Shown: positions 18,459-28,690 of the stretch, one piece after another | Numbering within the stretch: the first letter of the stretch is position 1 | How the letters are laid out: every line of letters starts with the position of its first letter | Sequence record: SRR22947727_793 | Strand: one strand, 5' to 3' | Length of the DNA: 64,000 bases | Notes under the pieces: generated by a model | Seen by the model: only the letters and a program-made list of their open reading frames with translations | The model's database searches: none | What the model was told of the DNA's origin: nothing | Made by a program: the position numbers and the translations under genes

Positions 18459-18713
18459 TCATGGTTCTTCTTCTAACAAGCGTTCAGCCTTTGGATTGGC
18501 AAATTGCAGAATTTGGCGTGACGTTTTCAACTCGGCAAGCATTTGCTCAAGCAAATCCAAAATGCGCACCACGGCCAGAAATAAAACGCCTGCCACCGCC
18601 ACCGTAAAACCATACCCGACGATCTTATCTTCCTGACTGGAAAATCCCAAAAGGATCGACAACATACCGCCGATAATAAGCAAGGTTCCTATAATCGCGA
18701 TCACCCATTTCAT
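18459..18713 (-). CDS. Small two-TM hypothetical protein
   Basis: Two hydrophobic helices plus a helical tail; AAGGA upstream. Confidence 0.55.
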   Translation of the reverse strand: MKWVIAIIGTLLIIGGMLSILLGFSSQEDKIVGYGFTVAVAGVLFLAVVRILDLLEQMLAELKTSRQILQFANPKAERLLEEEP

Positions 18714-18998
18714 TTCATCATATCCTTATGCAGACCAGTGGCACCGTTTTTCTGCCCATGTTTCGGCTGCTTCGCGACAGCTTACTCTGTCTGAAAGGTT
18801 ACCCCTATGGGTATATCGCGGCAAGCGTCACAAAACGTTTTTTCCAGGATTACCGTCCCCAGCTGGTCAAAAAGCGCCGGCAGTTGATTTTATAGTGCCT
18901 TGAGCTGGGCGCTATCTTTTAAAAATATCAAATCAGGGTATCCCAACCGAAAAATTTCGGGCAGTCTTGGCTCAAAGCAGATCACCCATCAAGGATAT

Positions 18999-20714
18999 AT
19001 GCCGCGAATGAGCCGCCTAAAACCCCCAGTATTTTTGGCCGTTCAAGCCCTTATAATGGGCCTCATTCCGCTGGCTGTAAGCGGCTATTTTTTGTCAAAG
19101 CCGGATGTGTCTTTCTTGAATATATTTGACATAAACGGCTCGCTCGGCGCGATCAGCGTGGCCGCAATTTTAGCCATTTTGAACCCCGTGCAAAATATGC
19201 AGCGCCGCCCGTTTGAACGGTTTCTTTGGGGATTATCGCTCTCGCATATTTTCATCTTTTTGATTTGCGTTTCAGCGGCGATCACGTTGGCAAACCGACC
19301 TGGTGATATTGGACCGATTATTGCCTATAGCATCTGTGGATATATTTTTTCGCTGGTGATTTACCTACTCTCAAAAGTGTTTCTGGAAATCACACGGCCA
19401 GACGATCAGACCAACAGCCGCAGCTTTCTAATCTGCTCGGGCACAATTTTAAGCACCTTGGCCTATCCGCCTCTGTTCATCTTCACGCTTCAAGCTGATT
19501 TAGGTCTGCCGCTCTTCAACCCGGTTGCGCTGCTGCGGGCACTTGAGGTGCGCTTAACGCCGGATCTATTTCTTTTTTCGGTTTCCACCGGAAGTTTTTT
19601 GATCTTTTTAGGGCTATATGCATGGCATAATCGCGGCGTTTCACTCCCAAGATCGCGGGTATTTTTAGCGCATATATTGCTGCTGATATATGCAATAAAC
19701 GCAAATTTTTACATCATATACGCTTTGTTAACCGCCGCAAATCTGGCCGAGTTCCTTCAAAGCTGCTGGAGTAATGCAATTGGATTTATCGCCCTGTACC
19801 TGGGGCTTTATCTACTGCACAGGCTCAATTTCAAAAGCATTGCTTCGCTTCAACGAACACGCTTTATGGCAAAGCTTGGGCTCGCTCTGGCGGTTGGAGC
19901 ACTTGCGTTTTTTTCATTTGCCATGATTGTTCCCGCCTCAGTTATGATCTTTCCTGTCTTGGGGATTGTTATCATTGCTGGATTTTTGGCCTATGTAAAC
20001 AATTTGGAAAGCCAAATTCTAAACCGCACGGCGCAAATCAATCTTGAGCGCAAAAAATCAGATGCGTTACTGGCAAATATTCTGCCCAAATATGTGATCA
20101 ATGATCTGAAAGAAAAAGGCTTTTCCGAGCCGCGCAGCCTAGAAAATATTTCGGTTATGTTCACAGATTTTGTCGGGTTTACAAAAATATCCCAAGAAAT
20201 ATCAGCCACAAAGTTGATTTCAGAACTCAACGATATTTTTAGCGAATTCGACCGGATTACGGAAAACCATGCCTCCGAACGGATCAAAACGATCGGGGAT
20301 GCGTATATGTGCGTCAGCGGGCTTGAACACTCAGCCCAGTCGCCACAACGCAATTTGATTTCAATTGCTCTGCGGATGATTGCTTTTTTGGAAAACCGCA
20401 ACCAGCAGAATGAACTAGAATGGCACTTGCGGCTGGGGATTGCGTCGGGCGATTCAGTGGCGGGTATTGTGGGTCAAACAAAATACCTTTTCGATCTATT
20501 TGGAGACGCGGTGAACACCGCCGCACGGATGGAAAGCTATTCTGAGCCACAATCCATCAACATAGATCAGAAAACCTATCTGGCATTGGCCGATGCACCC
20601 GATTTGTTATTCATCAAACGCCCAATCACCTTCGTCAAAGGTAAGGGCGATATGCAGATGTATTTTGTGACCAGCGCCCGCACGGCTGATCCGGCAATTG
20701 TCGAAACTGCATAA
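18999..20714 (+). CDS. Polytopic membrane class III adenylate cyclase
   Basis: SVMFTDFVGFT, IKTIGDAYM, LRLGI, FDLFGDAVNTAARMES, VKGKG; long hydrophobic N-terminus; RBS AAGGA before ATG 18999. Confidence 0.9.
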   Translation: MPRMSRLKPPVFLAVQALIMGLIPLAVSGYFLSKPDVSFLNIFDINGSLGAISVAAILAILNPVQNMQRRPFERFLWGLSLSHIFIFLICVSAAITLANRPGDIGPIIAYSICGYIFSLVIYLLSKVFLEITRPDDQTNSRSFLICSGTILSTLAYPPLFIFTLQADLGLPLFNPVALLRALEVRLTPDLFLFSVSTGSFLIFLGLYAWHNRGVSLPRSRVFLAHILLLIYAINANFYIIYALLTAANLAEFLQSCWSNAIGFIALYLGLYLLHRLNFKSIASLQRTRFMAKLGLALAVGALAFFSFAMIVPASVMIFPVLGIVIIAGFLAYVNNLESQILNRTAQINLERKKSDALLANILPKYVINDLKEKGFSEPRSLENISVMFTDFVGFTKISQEISATKLISELNDIFSEFDRITENHASERIKTIGDAYMCVSGLEHSAQSPQRNLISIALRMIAFLENRNQQNELEWHLRLGIASGDSVAGIVGQTKYLFDLFGDAVNTAARMESYSEPQSINIDQKTYLALADAPDLLFIKRPITFVKGKGDMQMYFVTSARTADPAIVETA

Positions 20715-20720
20715 CCCCGT

Positions 20721-21101
20721 TTACTGGATGATTATATCTTCAGAATATTTTTGCCGCGCGGCCGAGCTAATTTGAACACTGACCGAACTGGTATCCGTTG
20801 CGCCAGAATTCTCTGCGCGCAATTTGGCGACTTCTTCGCTTTCATTTTTCAATCTGCCCAAGGCTGAAGACAGGCGTTGCCCAATCGCGGATTTATGGCC
20901 CGCTGCCGCCGCATCAGGCGATCCACGCATTGCAGCCTGCGCCGCTTGGGCTTTCACATTGACCATCACCGATTTAAGTGGACCCGCAGCAGCTTGTTGC
21001 AGCGGTTGCGCAGGTTTTCCCGACAGGCCGGTCTCAGATTGCTGAAGCCGCCCCAACGCATTGGAGAGCCGTTGACCAACCGATCCTAACCCATCTGCCA
21101 T
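20721..21101 (-). CDS. Hypothetical protein with an internal GQRLSxALGRL repeat
   Basis: Repeat conserved at the protein level; fills the gap convergent with the cyclase. Confidence 0.6.
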   Translation of the reverse strand: MADGLGSVGQRLSNALGRLQQSETGLSGKPAQPLQQAAAGPLKSVMVNVKAQAAQAAMRGSPDAAAAGHKSAIGQRLSSALGRLKNESEEVAKLRAENSGATDTSSVSVQISSAARQKYSEDIIIQ

Positions 21102-21274
21102 TTCAAAACCTTATCTTGAAGGCGCAATGTAGCCAACCCCCAACGTCTACCTTACGGCAAATCTCGAAAATCTTTAAGGAATTTATAACCCCCCGCCCAG
21201 CGGGCCTGCCCGGAATTTATCGCCCAATCCTATCGGCGCTGAATCTAAACACAGAAAACAGCTTATAAAAATCA

Positions 21275-21721
21275 CTAATGGCAGGATTTCCCCAGCGCTT
21301 TGAGCCGCCAGTAATTATAGGGCAAAGGGGCCAAAAAACCGGCCAAAAGCATAATCGGCACTACGAAAAGGGTAAGTTTTGCGCCACCAGTAATCGCCAC
21401 ATCCACGAGGTTCATCGCAGCTTCCATGGCCACCATAGAAATCAATGACATGCCCGCCGCAGTCTTTAAGGCCAGATTAAGCGGCATCTGGCGCGCTAGA
21501 ATGACTGTTTCCAGCAGGAGTGACGTCAAAATGCCGTTTATGATTGCCAAAAGCATTATATTGAACACGGGCCAATCAATGCCCGTCACCTGAAAATAGA
21601 AAATCGTTCCAAGATCGCCGATAGAGCATCCCAATAGGCACCAAAGCGTATTAAAAGACGCCTTGCGCCATGTTGGTATGCATGACCAGCTGATATTTAA
21701 TTTCTGCACGATGGCATTCAT
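21275..21721 (-). CDS. DUF4396-like membrane protein
   Basis: NTLWCLLGCSIGD, SMVAMEAAMN, PYNYWRL...CH. Confidence 0.75.
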   Translation of the reverse strand: MNAIVQKLNISWSCIPTWRKASFNTLWCLLGCSIGDLGTIFYFQVTGIDWPVFNIMLLAIINGILTSLLLETVILARQMPLNLALKTAAGMSLISMVAMEAAMNLVDVAITGGAKLTLFVVPIMLLAGFLAPLPYNYWRLKALGKSCH

Positions 21722-21996
21722 GTTTTTTCACCCCAAGGATGCGCCGTGAACAGCATAAGTGGGATTGCTGCACGGGCCGCGGTCTGTCTGCCTTATACTC
21801 TATACCTCTTATCCGGGGAACAAAAACAGATAAGGCCACCAAAACGCGTTACACATCCGACCGATACAATCGATCAGGCTTAACCAAATAGATCGACGCG
21901 GCGCGCCGTACAAAACACTGAATACTGAAAACTCCCGCCTCTTCATTTTGGCGGCTGACACGCCCCAATCAGCGGGTAAAGGGCGCAAAACACCCA

Positions 21997-22413
21997 TTAA
22001 ATTTGGCGTTTATACCGCTCTAGTTCTTGTTCAAGCCGGATGCTGTTTTTTTGCACCCGGTCAAGCGCTTGCCGAAGTTCATCTTTTTGGCGATTGGCTT
22101 CGCGCAAGCGAATGCCCACGGATCTAAAAATTCCTCGTATGGCCGGATCGGCAGCTTTAAACTTTTTTTCAAGCGTTTCTTTGGGAATTAAAATCAGCGC
22201 GCATTCGGTGCGCGTAACGGCGGTCACGCTGCGAAAGTCATCAATCACCAACCCCAATTCACCAAACATCTCACCGGCGCCCAAAGTGACAAGCCGAAAA
22301 TTTTCGGCCGTCATCAAATCCACTTTGCCAGATTGAATCAGATAAGCGCCTTTTGAAACATCGCCCGCCTCATAAATCGTGGCCCCTGCGGGTAGTTCCT
22401 GCTGTGATGCCAT
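21997..22413 (-). CDS. Stand-alone cyclic nucleotide-binding domain protein with coiled-coil tail
   Basis: AYLIQSGKV, GEMFGELGL....RSVTA; no HTH; GGAG before ATG 22413. Confidence 0.85.
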   Translation of the reverse strand: MASQQELPAGATIYEAGDVSKGAYLIQSGKVDLMTAENFRLVTLGAGEMFGELGLVIDDFRSVTAVTRTECALILIPKETLEKKFKAADPAIRGIFRSVGIRLREANRQKDELRQALDRVQKNSIRLEQELERYKRQI

Positions 22414-22724
22414 AATGGGTAGCTCCAAAAACATATCATACGTTCGCGTAGCAGTTTTTTAGCGCCTTGGCGCAATATGCACAACGGCGTTTGTTTTTTG
22501 CAGATGCGGGCGCTGCAAAAAAACCATGGACACAAAATGCGCCTTCATATTTTAAGAGCATTCACGCCGTCTGATTGGTACTTTGGCGGGCAGCAAGACG
22601 CAGTATCGATCAACCAGCCGATAGAAATCTACCCCAGATGCGCATGGGGGCGAAAGCTCTGACGCAGCCCGCTGCGGGCCCGCAGAAACGGACGCGCAAG
22701 TGGCCGATAAGGGTTGTTTATCCT

Positions 22725-24323
22725 TTAACTGATCGAGGCGGCGCGCACATCATCATCGATAAAGGGTACAAATTTTGCAAAGTTATCCGAGAACATGTTA
22801 ACCAGTTTTTGAGCTTGCTGATCATAGGCCTCTTGATCGGCCCATGTGCTGCGCGGATCCAAAAGGCCGCTGTCAACGCCCTGCGCCAACATCGGCACTT
22901 CAAAGCTAAAGTTTGGATCCTTTCGAAAGGGGGCATCGAGCAAGCTGCCATCAAGCGCCGCGGTCAACAGCGCCCGCGTGGCTTTGATGGGCATCCGTGA
23001 TCCGACCCCATAGCCACCGCCAGTCCAACCCGTGTTCAAAAGCCAGCAATGGGATCCATGATTGGCGATTTTAACTTGCAACAGCTTGCCATAAACTTCT
23101 GGGCGCAGCGGCATGAATGGGGCGCCAAAACAGGTTGAGAATGTGGGCTCAGGCTCGGTGACACCCCGCTCTGTACCCGCAATTTTTGACGTAAACCCAG
23201 ATAAAAAGTGATACATTGCCTGCGCTGGCGTCAGCTTTGAAATGGGCGGAAGAACGCCAAACGCATCACAGGTCAGCATGATAATATTTTTGGGATAGCC
23301 GCCCAGCCCGGTTTCCGACGCGTTTGAAATATAGTTTAACGGGTAGGAACAGCGCATATTCGGCGTCAGTGAGCTGTCTTTAAAATCCAGCTCTTTGGTC
23401 TCGTCATCATAGACCATATTTTCGATCACTGTGGCAAATTTTTGCGTGGTTGCATAGATATCAGGTTCGGATTCGGGCGTTAAATCAATGGTTTTTGCAT
23501 AGCAGCCGCCTTCAATGTTAAAGGTACCCCGCGCCGACCAGCCATGCTCATCATCTCCAATGAGAACCCTGTTTGGATCTGTAGAAAGCGTTGTTTTTCC
23601 CGTTCCCGACAAGCCGAAAAACACCGCTGTTTCTTCGGGGTTGCCAACCGCGTGGTTTGCCGAGCAATGCATCGACATCACGCCTTTTTCTGGCAACAGA
23701 TAATTCAGCAAGGTGAAAACTGACTTTTTGTTTTCACCCGCATATTCGGTGCCGCCGATCAAAATAACATTGTGCTCAAAATTGAGCACAACTACGGTTT
23801 CGCTGCGGCAACCGTGGCGCTGTGGATCTGCCTTAAAGCTCGGGCAATTGATCACGGTCCATTCTGGTGCAAACCGATCAAGCTCTTCCAGCGCCGGCCG
23901 GCGTAATAAGTGGCGAATGAATAGGTTGTGCCAGGCCAATTCGCTGACAACGCGCACATCCAGCCGATGTTCGGGATCCGCGCCGGCAAACAGGTCTTGC
24001 ACATAATAGCGCCCGCCCTGCATGTGCTGGCGCATATCTTGATAGAGCAAATCAAATTTTTCGGGCTCCATTGGCGGGTTGTTATCCCACCAAATTTTAT
24101 CAATCACATTTGCCGTGCGGACCACAAATTTATCTTTCGGGCTGCGCCCGGTGAATTTACCCGTCGACACCAATAAACTACCACCTTGGCCCAACTGCCC
24201 TTCTCCTGCTGAGACAGCCAATTCCATCAAGGCGGGTTCTTGAAGGTTATAATAAACAGCGCCAAGCCCAGTGATACCCTGTTGCTCTAACGTGTTGTTA
24301 TTATTTACCCGACCGTGGTTCAT
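22725..24323 (-). CDS. pckA: Phosphoenolpyruvate carboxykinase (ATP)
   Basis: [45 protein letters not shown]. Confidence 0.97.
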   Translation of the reverse strand: MNHGRVNNNNTLEQQGITGLGAVYYNLQEPALMELAVSAGEGQLGQGGSLLVSTGKFTGRSPKDKFVVRTANVIDKIWWDNNPPMEPEKFDLLYQDMRQHMQGGRYYVQDLFAGADPEHRLDVRVVSELAWHNLFIRHLLRRPALEELDRFAPEWTVINCPSFKADPQRHGCRSETVVVLNFEHNVILIGGTEYAGENKKSVFTLLNYLLPEKGVMSMHCSANHAVGNPEETAVFFGLSGTGKTTLSTDPNRVLIGDDEHGWSARGTFNIEGGCYAKTIDLTPESEPDIYATTQKFATVIENMVYDDETKELDFKDSSLTPNMRCSYPLNYISNASETGLGGYPKNIIMLTCDAFGVLPPISKLTPAQAMYHFLSGFTSKIAGTERGVTEPEPTFSTCFGAPFMPLRPEVYGKLLQVKIANHGSHCWLLNTGWTGGGYGVGSRMPIKATRALLTAALDGSLLDAPFRKDPNFSFEVPMLAQGVDSGLLDPRSTWADQEAYDQQAQKLVNMFSDNFAKFVPFIDDDVRAASIS

Positions 24324-24409
24324 TATCGCTCTCCTAATGGGACTGCAGTGTTGCGCCATACAGGTTCCTAACACCATCGCTTCACCCAACGAAAGCTGCG
24401 ATTTGAAGC

Positions 24410-24442
24410 GTTAGCGCAAACACAATCGTGTTAGCGCAATCA
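24410..24442. promoter_or_regulatory. Pair of LacI-type operator-like sites upstream of pckA
   Basis: GTTAGCGCAAACA and TGTTAGCGCAATCA, 20 bp apart. Confidence 0.55.
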
Positions 24443-24806
24443 CCTTGAAGACCACGCGCAGATCTGCAGAAAATTTTTGCAAATTTGAATAAAGTAAGCA
24501 AGAAACAGCGTTCAAAAATGTGACTTTTCATCAGGGGGGCAGACCAAGCGAATCATCTTGGAGCCCAAATGCAGAAAAAGCCCGCGCCTCCCGCGCATGG
24601 CATCAAGCAGCTTGCATTCCAACCAATTTTCGGGTCACAAACCCGCATGCAAAAGACACGCTACACCGCCCAAAATACCGAAAAATTATAGGGATTACCC
24701 GCAATGCGCGCGCCGCATCTTATCCAATCTTTTTTGGCACCTACGTCAGGGGCCATAAGATCAGCCCTCGGCGCTGACCCTGATACGGGCCCGCAGGATC
24801 TTTAGC

Positions 24807-25565
24807 ATGGAATCCGGCCTGATATTTTGGAGCCTTGCCACCTTAGCCGCAGTGTTTGTCGGGCTTGGCAAGGGTGGCTTGCCGGTCGTCGCGGCTTTAG
24901 CGGTGCCAAGCTTGGCGCTGATCATGTCGCCGATCGCCGCCGCGGGCTTATTATTGCCGGTATATATCGTGTCCGACGTGTTTGCTTTGGCCGCTTATCG
25001 GCGAGATTTCAACAAGCAAGTGCTTAAAATCGCCGTAATCGCGATGAGCCTTGGCGTTTTGATCGGCGGCTTAACCGCGCATTTGGTCATTGAATGGATG
25101 GTAACCGCCTTGATTGGCCTGATGGGGGCCGTGTTTGCCCTAAAACTGCTTATGGAACCCAAGCAAAAAGCTCAGGCCACGCAGCCCATTCACCAAGCTT
25201 CGGGCTATTTCTGGTGCACTATTGCGGGATTTACCAGCTTTATCAGCCATAATGGCGGACCGCCCTGGCAGATATTCACTTTGCCTTTGAACTTGCCAAA
25301 ATCGATCTTCGTAGGCACTTCGGTGATTGCGTTCAGCTATTGCAACCTGATCAAGCTGATCCCCTATCTGTGGCTGGGGCAAGTGAATCTAAATAGCGTC
25401 TTCATGTCATTCTATCTGATGCTGCCCGCGTCAATCGCGGTGTTTATCGGCGTTAAACTGGTGCAACGCATTCCGGAATTGCTTTTCTTTAAACTGGTGA
25501 CTTGGGCCTTGATGATCATTTCTTTAAAATTGATATGGGATGGGATGCGCATCGGCTTGAGCTAA
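24807..25565 (+). CDS. TauE/SafE-family sulfite exporter
   Basis: GLGKGG, LLPVYIVSD, GFTSFISHNGGPP; about eight TM segments. Confidence 0.85.
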   Translation: MESGLIFWSLATLAAVFVGLGKGGLPVVAALAVPSLALIMSPIAAAGLLLPVYIVSDVFALAAYRRDFNKQVLKIAVIAMSLGVLIGGLTAHLVIEWMVTALIGLMGAVFALKLLMEPKQKAQATQPIHQASGYFWCTIAGFTSFISHNGGPPWQIFTLPLNLPKSIFVGTSVIAFSYCNLIKLIPYLWLGQVNLNSVFMSFYLMLPASIAVFIGVKLVQRIPELLFFKLVTWALMIISLKLIWDGMRIGLS

Positions 25566-26749
25566 ACCCAAAAGGGGCAATAATTGCGCAGATCCAGATT
25601 ATCCTTTACGCTTTGGCGACCGGCCCAGTCTGGCAGGCACCCCATAGGCCTCAACGCGCATCTGAACGATAAGGGGCTTACTATGCGCGGCAACCCAACC
25701 AGATAAATGCAAAGAAATAGCAGAGAACCGTATTGAGAATGCCCGCGTTGAGAAGGGTGGAATGCTCAAAGCAGAGGCTGCAAAGAACTTCGCTGGCGCG
25801 CCTGCAACCAACCCACATCTTTTGCTTCTAGGGTTTTGCCGCTTTGCCACAAACGTACAAAGTGGCGCGTTGACCTGCGCGGCATAAGATCGGGCGCGCT
25901 CAGCCTGCGCGATGGCCAACTACAAACGCCGCTGATGCCCCCTGTGGATTATGTCACGCGGTATCACTACCGCGATTTATTTTAGAAATGACGATAATTA
26001 CAGCGACGCGCTGCTCTGTTTAATCCAACCAAAAAAAACGCGTTCAAACGTTGATCGTTCAAAAAGCTAGCGCCGATGCTAACCACTTTGATCTGTATCT
26101 GAACGGCGAAAGTGAAACCGTATTTTTAGATATATAATGAGCAGTAGATCGTTTGATCATCCCTTGGATGTCTGGATATTTTAGCGAGCCCGTAAAAGTC
26201 GAAATCAGGTCCGCGCAAGCCCATTTGTGGCCTATAGGTTGCTTCGAAATGGCGTAGATACGTACGCTTGGCGCCTGCGATCTGCTTTCCGCGCAGCGCG
26301 CAGAACAGGACGCGAGCGCGATCTTTGACGATCAAGTTGATCAAACAGCGCGCAAACGGGGCATAGCCTAAGCTGCTATGGCTGTTGCCAACTACGCGGC
26401 GAAATTATGCGCGGCTCGGGCGCTAGAATGGATGATCCTACTGCAAATGGCGCTGGCCATGGGGCGATTCCTGTTAACCAGCAAGAATTTTGCGCGAATA
26501 TTGCACAAATAGGGCAGAGCGCCGATTAAAATCAGCGTCTGCTAGCTAGACGTGGGCGGGTATAAAGATGGCTTTGATTGCCCCGGCGGCATCTCAGCAG
26601 CATTTGGAGATTTCTTCAAAAGTCAGCGATGCTAATTTAGGATAATTTTTTACTTCCAAACCACCGTTTCAGTAATTAACGTATCGCCGTAATCTGGTAT
26701 AAGTACCGGCCAAAATCCGCCTGCTCTCAGCCTTGAAAAGGATGCGCAT

Positions 26750-27892
26750 ATGTTTCGTAACCGATTGACTCTGTTTCAAAATAAATTGGCGGAAAAAAAT
26801 ATTGATTTGGCACTTATAACAGATGAGGATAATGTTTACTATCTCACCGGCTATTATGATTATTTGCATATGGAATTTGGGCGCCCGACCATATTGGTCG
26901 TTCCCCAAAACGGCCCCGTGGTTTTAATCACACCAACAATTGATTTAAACGCTGCGCAATCGGCGGCCCAGGTCGACCGAATTGCCCCTTGGAATGATGG
27001 GATGGGCAATGAATGGCGCGAAGAATTGCCCAAAGAGATCAGAAACACCACAACCATAGCCGTCGAACCGGATCATATGCCCCCGATGGTGCGCGCCTAT
27101 GTGAGCGAAGTGATTGACACGCAGATATTAGGCAATGCAACGGCTCTGCTCAGCGCTATGCGCATGATCAAATCGCCTGAAGAGCTGCAACTTGCCCGCC
27201 ACGCAGGCGAAGTGGCCACCGCGATGATGCTGGCAGGGCGGGGCGCGATTGCAGATGGGGTGCCAGAATTCGAAGTGGCAATCGCAACCTCGCAAGCGGG
27301 AACGCGCAAAGCCGCAGATCTGCTGACGCGGCATTACGCCGATACCGATATGTCGCCCAACACCCATTTTCTGCAAATCATGGCTTCGGGCGAGTCCATC
27401 ATCAAAACCCACCACCGCGCCTCAACGCGGATTATGCACAAGGGTGATCCCGTATTCCTCTGTTTTTGCGGTATGACCAATTTTCATCGCTTCAAGCTGG
27501 GTTTTGATCGCACCTTCTGGATTGGCGATGCGCCAAAAGATCAAATCGCCGTATATGAAGTGGCGGTGGCCAGCCAAAAAGCCGCGCTGAACGCGCTGCG
27601 TCCCGGCGTCACCGCAGAGAGCATTCACGCCGAATATGCCAATGTCATCCAAGAGGCTGGCTATGACTATCCTTTCCGGTGTGGGCGCGCGACCGGCTTC
27701 AGCTTTCTGGAAACGCCGCAGCTTGTGACGGGAGATAAAACGATTATCCAGCCCGGTATGGTTCTGGCGATTGATGGATCGGTCTCAGTTGAAACCTTCA
27801 GGGCCCAAGTTGGAGATAGCGTGATCGTGACAGAGGATGGCTGGGAACCGCTGACGCAGCATTCCAAAGCCGTGCAGGATGTGATTTTATAA
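26750..27892 (+). CDS. M24-fold hydrolase (creatinase/EutD-like, apparently metal-independent)
   Basis: NVYYLTGY N-domain, MRMIKSPEEL, DRTF, LRPG; canonical metal ligands replaced. Confidence 0.8.
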   Translation: MFRNRLTLFQNKLAEKNIDLALITDEDNVYYLTGYYDYLHMEFGRPTILVVPQNGPVVLITPTIDLNAAQSAAQVDRIAPWNDGMGNEWREELPKEIRNTTTIAVEPDHMPPMVRAYVSEVIDTQILGNATALLSAMRMIKSPEELQLARHAGEVATAMMLAGRGAIADGVPEFEVAIATSQAGTRKAADLLTRHYADTDMSPNTHFLQIMASGESIIKTHHRASTRIMHKGDPVFLCFCGMTNFHRFKLGFDRTFWIGDAPKDQIAVYEVAVASQKAALNALRPGVTAESIHAEYANVIQEAGYDYPFRCGRATGFSFLETPQLVTGDKTIIQPGMVLAIDGSVSVETFRAQVGDSVIVTEDGWEPLTQHSKAVQDVIL

Positions 27893-28686
27893 TGTTTCGA
27901 TCTGGCGAAACCGTGTGTTCACAAAAACGGCAGCCTGAGCTGAATAAAGGGCGCCATCCTCGGGCAAAACTGGGCTTTATTCTAATGTCGACCGATCTTG
28001 CTGCCGAAGCCGATTTTTATGATATGGTGCCCTCTGGCGTGGCTGTGCACATCACCCGCCTGAAAACCGAGGATTACACCACCACGGAAACGCTCACGCG
28101 CCATATTGATCATATGGCCGAGGCCGCAGCGCGCCTTCAACCTGATGTAAAACCAGAAGTGATCAGCTATAGCTGTACCTCCGGCTCCATCGTGTGCGGC
28201 GAAGAACATGTTTTTCGCCAGATTAAACGGGGCGCGCCTTGGGCCCAGCCCATGTGCATTGTAACAGGCGTGGTGGATGCCTTGCGCGAAATTGGCGCTC
28301 AGAAAATTGTGGTGGGCACCCCTTATCTGGATGAAATCAACACTTCAGAAGCCGAGTTTTTGCTGCAAAAAGGCTTTGATCTTCTGGATATTCAGGGGCT
28401 GAACCTCACCACCGGGATCGAATTTGGCCAAGTAACACCCGCCTATTGGAAGCAATTTGCGCAAGAGCTGGACCGCCCTGATGCCGATGCCGTTTTTCTC
28501 AGCTGTGGCGGCATCCGGGCCTTGGAAGTTGCACAAGAGATAGAAGAAGCGATCGGAAAACCCGTGATCACCTCAAACCAAGCGCAATTCTGGTCTTGCT
28601 TGCGGCGCGCCGGGATCATGGACAAATTGCCCGGTTTTGGGCAAATATTTCAATATGCCGGATCCCATCTGGCCCAAACAATATGA
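27892..28686 (+). CDS. Asp/Glu racemase / maleate cis-trans isomerase family protein
   Basis: YSCTSGS, GTPY, FLSCGG, GKPVITSNQA. Confidence 0.85.
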   Translation: MFRSGETVCSQKRQPELNKGRHPRAKLGFILMSTDLAAEADFYDMVPSGVAVHITRLKTEDYTTTETLTRHIDHMAEAAARLQPDVKPEVISYSCTSGSIVCGEEHVFRQIKRGAPWAQPMCIVTGVVDALREIGAQKIVVGTPYLDEINTSEAEFLLQKGFDLLDIQGLNLTTGIEFGQVTPAYWKQFAQELDRPDADAVFLSCGGIRALEVAQEIEEAIGKPVITSNQAQFWSCLRRAGIMDKLPGFGQIFQYAGSHLAQTI

Positions 28687-28690
28687 TGCT

